64,000 bases of DNA from Octopus vulgaris (taxonomy: Eukaryota). The position numbers were made by a program, and so were the translations under genes. Under the pieces are notes generated by a model. It did not search any database and had not been told where the DNA came from. It was given only the letters and a program-made list of their open reading frames with translations. The DNA is taken from positions 78,678,001-78,742,000 of the forward strand of contig OX597815.1 in the NCBI GenBank assembly GCA_951406725.2, read 5' to 3'. Each line of letters opens with the position of its first letter. Position 1 is the first letter of the stretch. Shown piece after piece: positions 13,711 to 26,760 of this stretch.

Positions 13711-16700
13711 CTTTATTTCATTATACTTGCCATAAAGGCAGTACATAGAGTATAGTAGCTTTGCGGGCTAGACAAGGACATTAATGAAATGAATGATAAC
13801 AAAACAAGGATGATAAGGATGGGAGAAGACAAACACAAAACGAGGTATTAAACCTCTTACAGGTTTTACAATTTTTTCAATTTTTTGGACTTCATAATCC
13901 ATTACAAATAATAACGTAGTTCACAAAACTCAATCATCCTCCTCCCTGACCAGGCTGTATGCTACCCTTAGGCACTGCTCCAGATGCAGGTCGGAGCCCC
14001 AGAATGCAAATCTGAACATGTCCTTCGAGAAGGCTCCCAGCTCTCTGAACATACCGACATCTGATATGACCTTCGTAGTCACCTGCGAAGGCCAATCCTC
14101 ATCCTCTGTCCAGAGCATGGGCTCCTCTCTCCGGTCATCCAGCTTCTCTACAAAGCTCTGTACTGCCCCTCCCTTCTGGAAGAAGATGACAAAATCATCT
14201 CACCTCCTTCTGGGAGGGACCGCTGTTTTCTCTGTCGGTGGCACACATCCCACCAACAAAGTTTCCAGGTGTGCCAGTGGTTCACCATCAACCACCGGCA
14301 ATGTCCCATTCTTCTTTTTACGTGTCTTCTTTTCCTTCACGACAGGAGGATGGAGTTCTTCCGTCTTGTCTGGAAGTCCTTGCATTCCTCCTGCCACCTC
14401 AGGATCCATTGGTGGGCAACCATTGTTGCCCACATTCTTTCTTTTTCAGTGGGGTTGCCAGGACAATTCACACAATCCGGTTTTTTCCTCAAGAAAATGG
14501 ATATTCTTCCCAACCACATGGTTCCGGGTTCAGTCCTACTGCATGGTACCTTGGGCAAGTGAATTTTCCGAGTCCTCTCTCCCCAACACCCATTCGTCAA
14601 CATGCATTTTTTTTCCCAAATTCGTTTACTACATGTTGTTTTACACCTATTACACTATTTGTTTTTCATTTTTGTGACCGGGTTTCAAAGTGGGGTTACT
14701 GGATCGTGTGATTATCCAATTCCACACCACCACCCCCTCGTCAAAAGAATTGAAATAAATAGTGTACTAGGATTAAAATACTGTGTAAGAAACAAATATG
14801 AAGAAAAAGATTTCGTCAGTGAACGGGGAAGTGGTGAGAGGACTCGGAACATTCCCGATGTGAATTTTCCGAGTCGTCTCCCACCAAACTCCTGTTCGCC
14901 AGCGCACATTTCTTTTTTCATATTCATTTACTACATGTTGTTTTACACCTATTGCATTTTTTTTTTGCTCAGGTTAAGCATTGGAGTTTAACCCTTTTTC
15001 TTATGTATACAATGTTGTTTCAAACATTTACATAAGTGTTCTATATAAATGTTGCAGTGGAAGTTTGTCAGTGGTAGATAGCGCAACGAAAATTTTGTCA
15101 TTTAAATGATGAAGTGAAGTTAACGGTTTTTATAGGTAATTGTTTTAATTTCAATGCACGGTCTCGAATCACTTGCCAGACAAGTGCATCCCACCAAAAG
15201 TTATGTTACTTCTCATAAACTTTCTTCTGCCAAAAGTTATCTAAGGTCTCTAACCTTTTAGGCAGTGGGTTCCTTCTGGTCTCCCTCAAAACCCAAGTAC
15301 TATATTTTAGTCTACTTCTTGTCTTGCCCTTTGAATCAGCATTGTAGAATGTTTTGTGCAAGCAAATGGTACTTTAGTTTGACTTCTATAGTCCTTAACT
15401 TAATTTGCAGCCACAGGTAGTGTCTTCTGTTGGAGATGGACCACTAGATGAGCAAAATAAATAGTTCTGACCAGATAAGTTAATGCATCAGTCACTTCCA
15501 ATATTTTGTCTCCTCAATTTGCATATTTTAGAAGAGTAGAAAATCTCTCTTGAGTCTCATTATATGCTTGCTTTAAGTGCATATTTTTTTTTTATGTTTC
15601 ATAAACTTCATATATACATTTGAAAATCATGCTTCTGCTATAAATTATGAGCATCTCATTAAACTTTATGCTAAACTGCCAAATGAAGATTTTGTTTGCC
15701 TTCTAATAGCCATTAAATGACAATGACTTCACAAATATCTTGAGTTTCTACATTCACTTCAACCAGCAAGAATTGGTAGTTAGAGCAGAAAAGTATCATA
15801 AGGTGTCAATACATGATTCACTCATCAGTGCTATATCATAAACCATCTCCAATTTTAGAAAATAACACATTTACTTTACACAGCAGATAATCAAACCAAG
15901 GCTTTCAGTTTTAACCAAGAGATCCATTTAATTTTTTTCTATATTCCTTTCTTACTTTTTAATATTAATAACAAAATCTTGACCTATATTCTATGCATTT
16001 AAAAAAATAAATTTATAATTATTTCCCTTCCATCTTTTGTCTTAATTTTCTGCCAGTATGCTTTTTATTGGTGGTCAGGAGGAAGGTGTGGTTGTACCTA
16101 GGGCCAACACAGACCTTTTGAAATGGTTGATGTTTCCCTTGAACAGTTGCAAGTCAATGACTGCAGAATAAAAAAACAAACTTGTTTTACTAGGGATTTA
16201 AGTAGGTTAATATTCTGAGAATGACGGCATAGTTGTTAGTGCAGGGACTAGGAGAACAAACACAGTGTGAGCGACAAAAGAAAGGGCAGAGACTGAATTG
16301 AGAATGCCTGGTTGGAAGTGGCAGAGGACCACCCAGTGTAGAAAAGCAGAAGTCTCTGTATCAATATAGAAGTAAAAGAAGAAAAGGTAAGGTCAAGAGA
16401 TAGCAATGTGTGTGGGTCACAGGTTGGAATGTGTTGGTAAGTGACTTTATGCCAATCAGTCGGGAAGGGTTTTTTTGTTGCAATGCAATCTAGGATGTCT
16501 AGGTACAATTACCACTGTATAACTGAGACATGGGCATGCTTGTGTGATTAAGAAGATTGCTTTTTTTAACCACATGATCTTTGGTTCAGTCCTATTGCAT
16601 GGCACCTTGGACGAGTGCCTTCAACTGTAGCCCTGGGTCAACAAAAGCCTTGTGAGTGGATTTGATTAACAGAAACTGAAAGAAGTCCATGTGTGTGTAT

Positions 16701-16958
16701 GTTAGTGGCTCCTAATCTTGACATTACTTGATAGTTGTAAACAATTGTCACTGTCATATAATTAGTGTTGTTTGTTTTCAATCTGCCAAGAAAACATGCC
16801 CAGTCATGGCCAAATATTACTTTGACTATAAACAGATGAGGGTTAGTGACAGGAAAGGCATTTGGTCTTCGAAAATCTGTCTTAATGAATTCCATCTGAC
16901 CCATGCAAGCATGGAAAAGTGGACTTTAAAACAATGCTGCTAATGGGGATGATGATGA

Positions 16959-16998
<40 letters not shown>

Positions 16999-18189
16999 TA
17001 CATAGATATGCTTTTGTATCAAATTATCAAAGATAGAAAAGTAGATAGCTATTTTATTTTGCTATCTATCTACACTAGATAGATATTAAAATATAGTGGT
17101 TAAAGTGTTGGGCTTTCACTTATAAGATCATCAGTTCAATTCCTGAGAAAAAGCACATCTTTCTCTCCTCCAGGTTTCACATCATTATTGTTCCACAAGG
17201 TGAAGGGTAAGATGGTCAAGAGTGTCTATGTTCACAACTAAATAGGCATCTGAAACAACTAACAAAAGCATGGTTCAAACCAAGTCATGATTACTTGTGA
17301 GCAATAGCTAAGCTTTTTAAGCTTCATCTACACTAAAAACTTCCCAGAGTGATCAGAGAAATAATCCTTGAAGTATGGGAAGCAGTTGTTCTTACATGAG
17401 ATTGTTTCCTTCGAATATATGCCACATATCTCACAGATATATTTTTCTCTATGAAATTTAATAGTTTATATCTCTCAGATTTGTGTTCATCAACTCTGAC
17501 TGATACAAGCTATCCTATTTCAGAAGGGAAAAACAGTTAAATAACATTGACTGTATTTCTCAGACAGGATGATCTATATCTGACATCTTGTTAGCTAGAC
17601 CTTGGTGAACTCATGTTTGTTTAGTGAGCAAAGGTAAGTCAGTTTCGTTATTGTAATGAAAAGCATTGACAAGTTTCTTCCCAACAACCAAACAATGATA
17701 TCATATTAAGTCTATTTAAACTATGTTCACTTGCAAGAAAATGATATAACAGAAGAAAAGGTTAAATATGATATCTCCAAAAAGGTTACAGTTTATTGTA
17801 ACTTTACAATGAAGCTATTCAATTTAACAAGCAACTGGAAGTTAATTGGAAATACCAAAACATTCAATCTAGATAGTCTATCAATTTACGTTCATACATA
17901 CACACACATACATACGTACACACACACACACCTACATACATACATACATACATAGATACATACATGCAAAGTAAGGTGCTTTATCACTTTTTCATAGTAA
18001 TTATACATCTTTTGACCTTCAGACATACTGTCTCCTTACTCATTCTAATACAACAACAGCCTTAGCACCTCAGAAAATGAAAAAGGAATCTAGTGGAATA
18101 TTCTTTCTCTCCCATTAACCACAATCCTTACTTTCACAGAACTACAGTTCTCTATAATTTCTTCCCTGCAACCAATGAGTCACCAACTC

Positions 18190-18490
18190 GCATATGCATA
18201 CACAGGCAAGCACACACATACAGATGAATATACAAATATTTGTGTGTATGCATATGTGTATATATGCATATGTATATATGTGCATATATATGTATGCATA
18301 TGTGTGTGTGTATATGTATATGCGTATGTGCATGTGTATATATATATGTACATGTATATTGTCCGTGTATATATATACATATTCTGTTGTGTGTATATAT
18401 ATATACGTATGTGCGCGTGTGTGTATGTGTCGTGCGTATATGTGCGCGTGTATATGGGTGTATGTATCTATGCGGGTGCGTATGTACACG
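18190..18490. repeat. Compound TA/TG/CA microsatellite; others at about 16964, 21690, 34015, 34520, 35065 and 44220
   Basis: Direct inspection; these tracts explain the YIYI/VCVC ORFs in the track. Confidence 0.95.
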
Positions 18491-19235
18491 ATGACCATTT
18501 AATACCTTACGAAGAACTAGACAAGCTGCTCAACAACTCTAATTTACAATACACTAGGTCCCCAGACGCCCCGATTGATTTATGACACCCAAGACTTCTA
18601 CAACCAGAATTTGTCATTTTCCTGACCACCATGTTTGGTCCGTAACTACTATATATCCCTTATCCTTATATTCTTTTACACTTTTTATTTTTATTTTTAT
18701 AACTTTATACCTTTATATTCATTTATATTTTTTAATATTTTTTATATCTCTTTATATCTTTATACTCTACATTTTTATATTTTTCTATACTTACACTTTT
18801 TATATATTTTTTATCCTTCGTCCTGAATTCTCGCCCCTCCATCTTTATCTTTATCTCTATTTGCTCTTATTACCAGGTTCCTTCACGTCTGTCTGTATTT
18901 ATATATTTATATATGTATATATTTATTTATTAATTTATTTATATTACTTCAACATCCAAACTTCCTCATTCTACATTGAGAGAAGAACGAGATAGACGCT
19001 TCATTTTTATGCTGTTGCCGCATTACGTCGTACGCGAATGAGAGGATTTGCATCCCCAACCAAGAATTTTTGATGTAATACATGTCCTTGAAGAAGTAGT
19101 TGTACGCGGCTGAAGAAGGCCACAGACGCACATTATGCATTGTTATAAATCCGTCTAATAAAGGCCCGAAACATATGTACCGCTGAATCCTTGACATCAT
19201 GTTTTTATTTTGATTAATTTATATATATATATATA
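18485..19235 (+). mobile_element. CpG-retaining non-coding insertion ending in a hammerhead (probable Penelope 3' end or retrozyme-like element)
   Basis: Bounded by microsatellites, T-rich body, hammerhead at 19106-19183 about 40 bp before a (TA)n run. Confidence 0.55.
19106..19183 (+). ncRNA. Type I minimal hammerhead ribozyme with a long stem II
   Basis: Stem I gcgg/ccgc; CTGAAGA; stem II ggcc/ggcc plus agacg/cgtct (first pair is an A.C mismatch); GAAA CATATG; GTA triplet. Confidence 0.75.
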
Positions 19236-19382
19236 AAGAGTGAATATTCAAATGAATATCCATAAAGATATTTTTATTGTTATTATTATCAACAGTAAAT
19301 TTAAATAATAGATAATAACAACAACAAAAATAAAGGTGGTAGCAAGTAATAATAGTGTTCAATAGCTAGAGAATAAAATGTT

Positions 19383-19720
19383 TATAATTATAATAAAGAG
19401 CGCATATGTGCCTACTTGTAAACCACCAGATTGCACTGAAATATATAACAGACCAACAGAAATCAGATTAGTGAGAAACAATTCCTCATAAACATCACAG
19501 ACCAAAGTACACAATCCAAAGCTGTAGAATGAAGAATTCTTCATTCTACAGGTTTGGTCTGTGATGTTTCTGATGAATTGTTTCTCACTAGCCCAATTTC
19601 TGTTGGTCTGTTATATATTTCAGTGTAATTCAGGGATTTACTTGAGGATTTAGCTCCTCTTTCTAGCAAGTAGGTGTATATGTGCCCTTTATTATAATTA
19701 TACTTGATAATAATTATAAA
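19383..19720. repeat. Palindromic foldback element with a perfect 30-bp central palindrome (19522-19551)
   Basis: ctgtagaatgaagaa|ttcttcattctacag; arms cactgaaatatataacagaccaacagaaat / atttctgttggtctgttatatatttcagtg. Confidence 0.9.
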
Positions 19721-19898
19721 CTTTTTATATATAGAATCAGGAATGGCTGTTTGGCAAGAAGCTTGCTTCCCAACCACATGGTTCCGGGTTCAATCCTACT
19801 GTGTGGCACCTTGGGCAAGTGTCTTCTACTGTAGCCTCAGGCCAACCAAAGCCTTGTGAGTGGATTTGGTGGACAGAAACTTAAAGAAACCCATCATG

Positions 19899-19929
<31 letters not shown>

Positions 19930-20673
19930 GTATGTTTATATTTGTGTGTGTGTCTTTGTTTGTTCCCACTCCATTGCTTGACAACCGATGTTGGTGTGTT
20001 TATGTTCCTGTAACTTAACAGTTCGACAAAAGAGACCGACAAAACAAGTACTAGGCTTATAAAGAATAAGTCCTGGGGTCAATTCGTTCGACTAAAGGTA
20101 GTGCTCCAGCATGGCCACAGTCAAATGACTGAAACAAGTAAAGGAATAAAAGAAAAAATATATATAGGGAGAAAAAGAAGTTGAAAATGCACTGAGAATA
20201 GTGAAAATATTTACACTGATTTTCAAAAAGTTCAAATAGAAAGAAGTGGCTTATGTTGCAGCTGTCTTGTTTCTGATTAGTGTTTGAAGTTTGCCCTGTT
20301 TTTATAGGGAGTTCATGGATCAAATTAGTATATGTTTGAATAGGATTTGATTGGTAGAGGACAGTCACATTATGTTACAATGTTTGGCATCATAAGTTAA
20401 CTGACACAGTTGACTGAACAAGTTCAAACAATCAATGCTCTGAATGTTTTCAATCAAGTGTTTGTAGAGAATGAACACATGATTAAGATTATAACCTTTT
20501 GTACATTTCCTGCTATGTGTCATGTGACAGTATATTTTGCACCTAAAAAGAAAGCCGACACAGTTGAGCGAACATGTTTAGTTATAATCAACTATTCACA
20601 CACAAAATTCATTTTCCCACTTATCATGAGGAAGCTACACAGCTAATAATAATAATAGCAATAAAACATAGTT

Positions 20674-21510
20674 TTGTTCTCCAGGGACAACCCCAACAGA
20701 GTTAAATTTATGTCTAATAATTCTAAAATTAAGAATTCTATATACCAATGTAAAATTTCTTGCATTACCGATGTCTACTTCTACATTGGCGCATCTTCTT
20801 CCCTGTTATCTAAGAGAATTTCCAATCATTATTCTTCATTTAGGGATAGCAGTAAACGTTATAGCACAGGGCTAAGTAAATTGGTTTGGTATCTTAAAGA
20901 CAACAATAAAGATTTTAAGTTAGATTGGTTCATCCTGTCCATATCTTTCCCTTATGATAAGGGCAAAGGATTTTGTAACATTTGCAACTCTGAACTCTTG
21001 CATATACTCTTCTCTAAGAATCACCTTGTTAACACACTTATAGAGCGATCTTACAAATGTAAGCACTGGCAGAAACATACCTTTAGCTCATATAAGTGAT
21101 TTTTACCAGTCTTTATAGTTTGAACATTTAGTTCAACTTGCACTTTACTTCTATAGAGAAATCTACTTCCAAGCCTTTGAACATTTCTTTAACCAATATT
21201 TCTTTAACCGCTTTATTTGTTCTCTACTTATTATTTCTTTACCCCTTCTCTTCCTAGGGTCTGCCTTTGATGTTGGATCTACTAACGGTTTTTTTTAAAT
21301 ACTTAATAGCATTCTGTTTATCACTTATGCAGTCATCAAAATTGTTATAATGTCTTGTTGAGATAGGTTCTCTTTCTTTCCTGATAAGAAGATTGCATTA
21401 TTTTGCACAGTTTATTCCTTTGGAATAAAACCAATGTTGTCTTTGAAACATATGTCGAAAGTAAAAGAATTTGAATAACATCTGCGTTCAACTCCATTTA
21501 TTTACTTATA
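20674..21510 (+). mobile_element. 5'-truncated Penelope-like retroelement: GIY-YIG endonuclease C-terminus plus 3' region with hammerhead
   Basis: ORF 20674-21099 contains SIYQC...YIGASS...KRISNHYSSF...STGLSKLVW...CNICNSE...KCKH. Confidence 0.85.
21376..21461 (+). ncRNA. Hammerhead ribozyme relic (core CTGATAA) downstream of a Penelope GIY-YIG ORF
   Basis: Stem I ctttc/gaaag; stem II gaaga/tcttt; GAAACATATGTC; one G->A change in the catalytic core. Confidence 0.7.
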
Positions 21511-21786
21511 CACACACACACACACATATACGTCCTTCTATCACACACCTATACCCACACATCATCATCATCATCGTTTAACGTCCGCTTTCCATGCTAG
21601 CATGGGTTGGACGTATACAAGCATATGTATATCCGTATAAATGAAGGGGACGTGTACATGAAAGTTACACTTATGCACCGGTCACAGTCTTACACTTATA
21701 TACATACATATACACATACACATATATATATATACACACACACATATACATATAAAATATATACATATACTCACACACATACACAT

Positions 21787-22110
21787 TCACACAATTAAAA
21801 ACGAAAAAACTAAAAATATATATATATAAAATGTTAAGACACATGGAAAGATTGTGCAAGGACATAGTAAAAATGTGGATTTTAGCCGTAATCTTGGCAG
21901 GGCCCAAAACCATAACAGGTATTTTGTCACATGTGGACATGATCCCAAAAGTTCTGTTCTTGAATTTTCATGTGTTGCAGGGTCCAAGGAACTTTTCCAG
22001 ATGAGCCATCTTTCCATATTGCAAAGACTGCACTTACCACTATCGTTGGTGTAGGGTTTACACTTGACCAACATCTTCCAGTAAATCCTATAGCTAACAC
22101 CTATGACTGG
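21787..22110 (-). mobile_element. Penelope-like endonuclease C-terminal fragment
   Basis: WKML..CKPY...KCSLCNMERWLI...NSRTELLGSCPH matches the same C-terminal CxxCxxE...NxRxE...CxH pattern. Confidence 0.75.
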
Positions 22111-22539
22111 ATAATTTGGTCTTAATTCTTTACAGTCTCATTCTTTTGTTGTCACTTTTTAATATTATTATTATTATTATTATTATTTTATATATATATA
22201 TAAAAGGGTAAACAGGATTGAAAGTGTAATTTGTTGGTAGACCTAGTATGACTGCACCCATGTAAGGGTCAATATAATTTTTGAAATCATTAAATTTAAT
22301 GATTTATTAATTATTATTATTCTGATCCCCCTAGTCGCCACTCTGTTTACTATTTTCAGCCTCGCCTCGTTTTTGCATATTCTGTATAATTCACTAGTTA
22401 TCGTTATAGATATTTTAAGATCTATCTCCCTTATAGAAATTGGCTGCCGATTCTTCGCGGCGCGCCCGCCCTACCCACCCCCACCACCAATACCGGATAT
22501 CTCTATTTTGCTCCAACTATACCGGATGTCGTTTTCTCC

Positions 22540-23184
22540 CACCACCATTATAGGTATCTACTCTTTGAACCCCCTCCTCAATAAGCTATTTCACCATGCA
22601 TTACCCCTCTCTCGATATCCTACGTTCTACTTGCCTAGAACCTGTCCTCTGACCACCCCTCCCACTGGTGCTCAGCCCTCCCACTGGTGCTCCCCTATAT
22701 TTCTGCATCCCCCCACCACCATTATAGGTGTCTACTCTTTGAACCCCCTCTTCAATACGCTATTTCACCATGCATTACCCCTCTCTCGATATCCTACGTT
22801 CTACTTGCCTAGAACCTGTCCTCTGAACCACCCCTCCCACTGGTGCTCCCCTATATTTCTGCACCCCCCCCACCACCATTATAGGTGTCTACTCTTTGAA
22901 CCCCCTCTTCAATACGCTATTTCACCATGCATTACCCCTCTCTCGATATCCTACGTTCTACTTGCCTAGAACCTGTCCCCTGAACCACCCCCTCCCACTG
23001 GTGCTCCCCTATATTTCTGCACCCCCCACCACCATTATAGGTGTCTACTCTTTGAACCCCCCTCTTCAATACGCTATTTCACCATGCATTACCCCTCTCT
23101 CGATATCCTACGTTCTACTTGACTAGTACCTGTCCTCTGAACCACCCCTCCCACTGGTGCTCCCCTATATTTCTGCACCCCCCC
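22540..23184 (+). repeat. Four tandem copies of a ~157-bp unit
   Basis: Units start at 22540, 22714, 22871 and 23027 (caccaccattataggt...) and are near identical; an RTE-type tail follows at 23185-23434. Confidence 0.95.
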
Positions 23185-23406
23185 ATAAAAAGCACCATCC
23201 GAACGTGGCCGATGCCAGACCCTCTGGCACCTGTGCAGGTGGCACGTAAAAAACACCCACTACACTCGCGGAGTGGTTGGTGTTAGGAAGGGCATCCAGC
23301 TGTAGAAACACTGCCAGACTAGACTGGAGCCTGGGGCAGTCCCGAGCTCCCCAGACCCCGGTCGAAACCGTCCAACCCGTGCTAGCGCGGAAAACGGACG
23401 TTAAAC

Positions 23407-23439
<33 letters not shown>

Positions 23440-25299
23440 CCTAACTTTTAGGATAATGTAATGCATATTAAGTAATTTTTGTAAACTGTTGGAACATGAG
23501 AATTATACTCATGGTACTAATTAACATGTGATTTGGCCTTAAATCTTAATTGCTTAAATGTTTGTGGTTTTGTGCTTTAGCCCTTTCGTGTACCTATAAG
23601 GTAGAATTTTCTTAGTTATATGTAGACATTTACTTGTTTGTCCATTATTATCATCACTTGAATTTTATTTGCTATCTAGGGTACGAAATCTAACATTATT
23701 TTAGTAGGTTTTATATATTCATCTGTAAACTCTGTCTTCCCTTAGCTATAAAATTATATTATTTTGTCTGACAGTATTTATCTATTTATTTATTCTTATT
23801 TATGTGATGTCGAAATGTTGCAAAAAGCCATAAGCAGCCTCATACCACTTATATCATAGTCTTCTCTCCCGCACACTTTATTTACTGGTTCTTCTTCTTT
23901 TTTTTATTTACATACCCCTTGAAACAGTTTTAACTTTTACCCTTGGTTCAAATATAATTGACCAATCGTAGAGATGGAAAGACTTCGATCTATCTCATTG
24001 CAGACAACAGGTGGTGTTATGTACAATATTTCAGTAAGTACCCTATCATAAGAACCCTACGGTATTGTTTTGGATAAATATCAACTAGCACTATTTATGA
24101 TAACATAGGTACTATTCTCTTTCTAGACATGTTAGTAATTTTCTTGTATTATTTTTCTTTTCACAACTTTTAAAACATCCTGGTTCCCCACTTTATATGG
24201 AAATAACTCGTAAATATTTCCCTAGACCACTGCTAGATCACTCTTTTGCCTATTGACTTCGAAGCCCTACAATGGAAGATGGTATAATTTTAATATATTA
24301 AGCCTCTTGGCTTCTTCTCTAGGCCATGTTTCTTTCTTAAACCCTCTTCCCTTTTATTTTTGGGACACTTTTGTATTCACTCTGATGAAGTTCCATGTAC
24401 TAGTTTGAATATCCTATAAAGATGAAGAATATCATTTTCTTAATTCTTTCATAGGCACCGACTGACATTGGAAGCGGAAACAGCCATAAGAATTGTTATG
24501 GCATAGAAACATTATGTTATGTTTTGTATTAAAAAATAATCTACAGATGTGGTCCAATTGGCTTGTTTGTTGATCTAAAGTTTTCTCCATTTTCTGATTA
24601 TTTAAATTTATATATATATATATTAAAAATCTTAGATCCTGGTAGGGTATTTCCGGAGTAGCATTCAACTTGAATACTGAGCTATCAACACTGTTGGGTT
24701 CCAGACCAATGCTGGAATTTTTCAAGTGTAGAAAATCTTAGTTTCACAATGGTCACACCATAATGTGAGTTTGGTGAAGAATAAAAGGACACTTGGTGCC
24801 AGTAGCATAGTTGTACTGACTAACCACTATCCTAAGTGTAGATAAAACAATTTGCGATATATAGCCATACCTAATTTATTAAGGTTATTAGCATCTTCTC
24901 CTTTTCCCTACCTTCTATTTCTCCTCCTCTTCCTCTTCCTGTTTCTTTTTCCTTCTTCTTATCCTACTCCTCCTCCTTTTTCCTCTTCTTTTTCTTCTAT
25001 ATTACTCCCCCCCCTTCCACATGATCTCTACATGACTTACTCATCCCATAAGCATATTTACTTATTGTTTCCTCCTGATATAATCCCAAAACAATGTCTG
25101 GAAGATGCACAGTGTAACAGCAAATTTTGATGCAAGTCCGATGAACTGCAAACAATACAAATTTTCACTTTGAATTTTTGTTTAAACTGACATTGCAAGC
25201 AGTTAGTACAGAAACAATTGTACCGAATCATTAAAGATATGTTAAAGAATTTCCTTGTCTTCTTATTATTTGGATTATATATATATATATAACAAAAGC

Positions 25300-26760
25300 A
25301 GCTTTATGCAAAATAAAACCAAAAAGAAAATGTATTCCTAATAAAACTAATAATAAATCTAACAGTAAAAAATTGAATAATAATAATAAAAGACAATATA
25401 ACAAACTAAATAAAGATAAAAACAATATAATTGTTATTAATGATTACAATAATAATAGTAATATTGATAATGAGAATATGAGCAATAGTAAGAAACATAG
25501 TAAAGTATACAAGAAGAGATATAATATACCTAAGAATAACAATTTAATACTGATGATGTCTACTAATAATGATAATATAAAAGATAAAAAAGATATTATA
25601 TGGTTAATTATTCCTATGGGGCTCAAGTTATGACTAATATTATTAAGGAGACACTTAAAATAGTAAAAATGGTTTTTAAAAAGGGCAATTGTTATTCAAA
25701 TATATTTCCCAATAAAACCATAAGAGTAGGATACTCAACATCGAGAAATATAGAAAATATCATTTCTTCTATAAATAATAAGAAATTAAATAATTATTAT
25801 AATAGCATAATAAATAATAGCTCTAGCCATAATATAACCGATAGTGATAGAAGTCTTAATCAATACATAGAAAAATGTTCATGTCATGATAAGACTAAAT
25901 GTAAGCTCTCTAATAATTGTAATATCAATGTAATTTATAAATGTATAGTTAGCTCTAAGAACAATAATAATAAAATTATAAATAAGGCTTATATTGGATC
26001 AACAGCTAATGAAATTAAAAAAGAATATCCCAACACTACCAGACCTTTAAAAATCCCAGTTTAAGTAAGTCTACAGGCTTAAGTTAATATATATGGGAAT
26101 TAAAATCTAGAAAAAGAGAGTACACCCTTAATTGGAGTATTATAGGTAGAGCCCACTCCTATAATATTGGGGATAAAATGTGTTTATTATGCATAACATA
26201 ATTTATGAAACTACTACAGTCTAGAGATTTATTATTAAACACATGTGAGAACGTGGACACCAAAGTAATTTTACATTTAGTAACTGAACCCCTGACTCCT
26301 GAATCAAATAACCACATAATTTTATTTCTAAAGCACTTGAATAGAATATATAAATAAAAAATAATGCAATAATTTAAATAAATATATGAATTAAATATTA
26401 CTAAAATGATTTTATAACAAATTATATATATCTTCCAATATAGGTAAATTTGAAAATAATAATAGAGGATAATTTAAAATTAAAACAATGTATAGTGTAA
26501 TTCCCCCCACCCTTATGTTAATCCCCTATAAATACCCATAGTTCCCAACTATCTTCTTCCTCTAATCACCATTTTAGTACCAAAAAAAAAAAGGAAGATA
26601 TGTATTTGAATTTTTCTTGTTACATATCACATTTAAACAGACATTTTTATTCTGATGTATAGTCTTACCTGAGTTACGTCCCTTTGGAGAGTTACCTTCC
26701 CTTTATAATCTTTAATTACACAAAGAATTTACTTCGGTTAACACAATTATATATGTATAA
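25300..26760 (+). mobile_element. Decayed Penelope-like element (post-RT linker, Cys cluster, GIY-YIG)
   Basis: Frameshifted peptides DIIW..., IRVGYSTSRN, CSCHDKTKCKLSNNC, VIYKC...YIGST, STGLS*YIWELK, NWSIIGRA, MCLLC. Confidence 0.85.

Noticed and set aside
14018-14677. 219-aa plus-strand ORF
   Set aside because: Ser-rich antisense shadow of the minus-strand ORF, and it runs through a SINE head.
18142-18995. Several long YIYI/VCVC ORFs
   Set aside because: Microsatellite and low-complexity artefacts.
22373-23126. 198-aa repetitive ORF and CRISPR-like periodicity
   Set aside because: Translation of a tandem repeat; no unique spacers and the context is eukaryotic.
23700-24130. Possible fourth GIY-YIG remnant
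   Set aside because: Too decayed to translate convincingly by eye.
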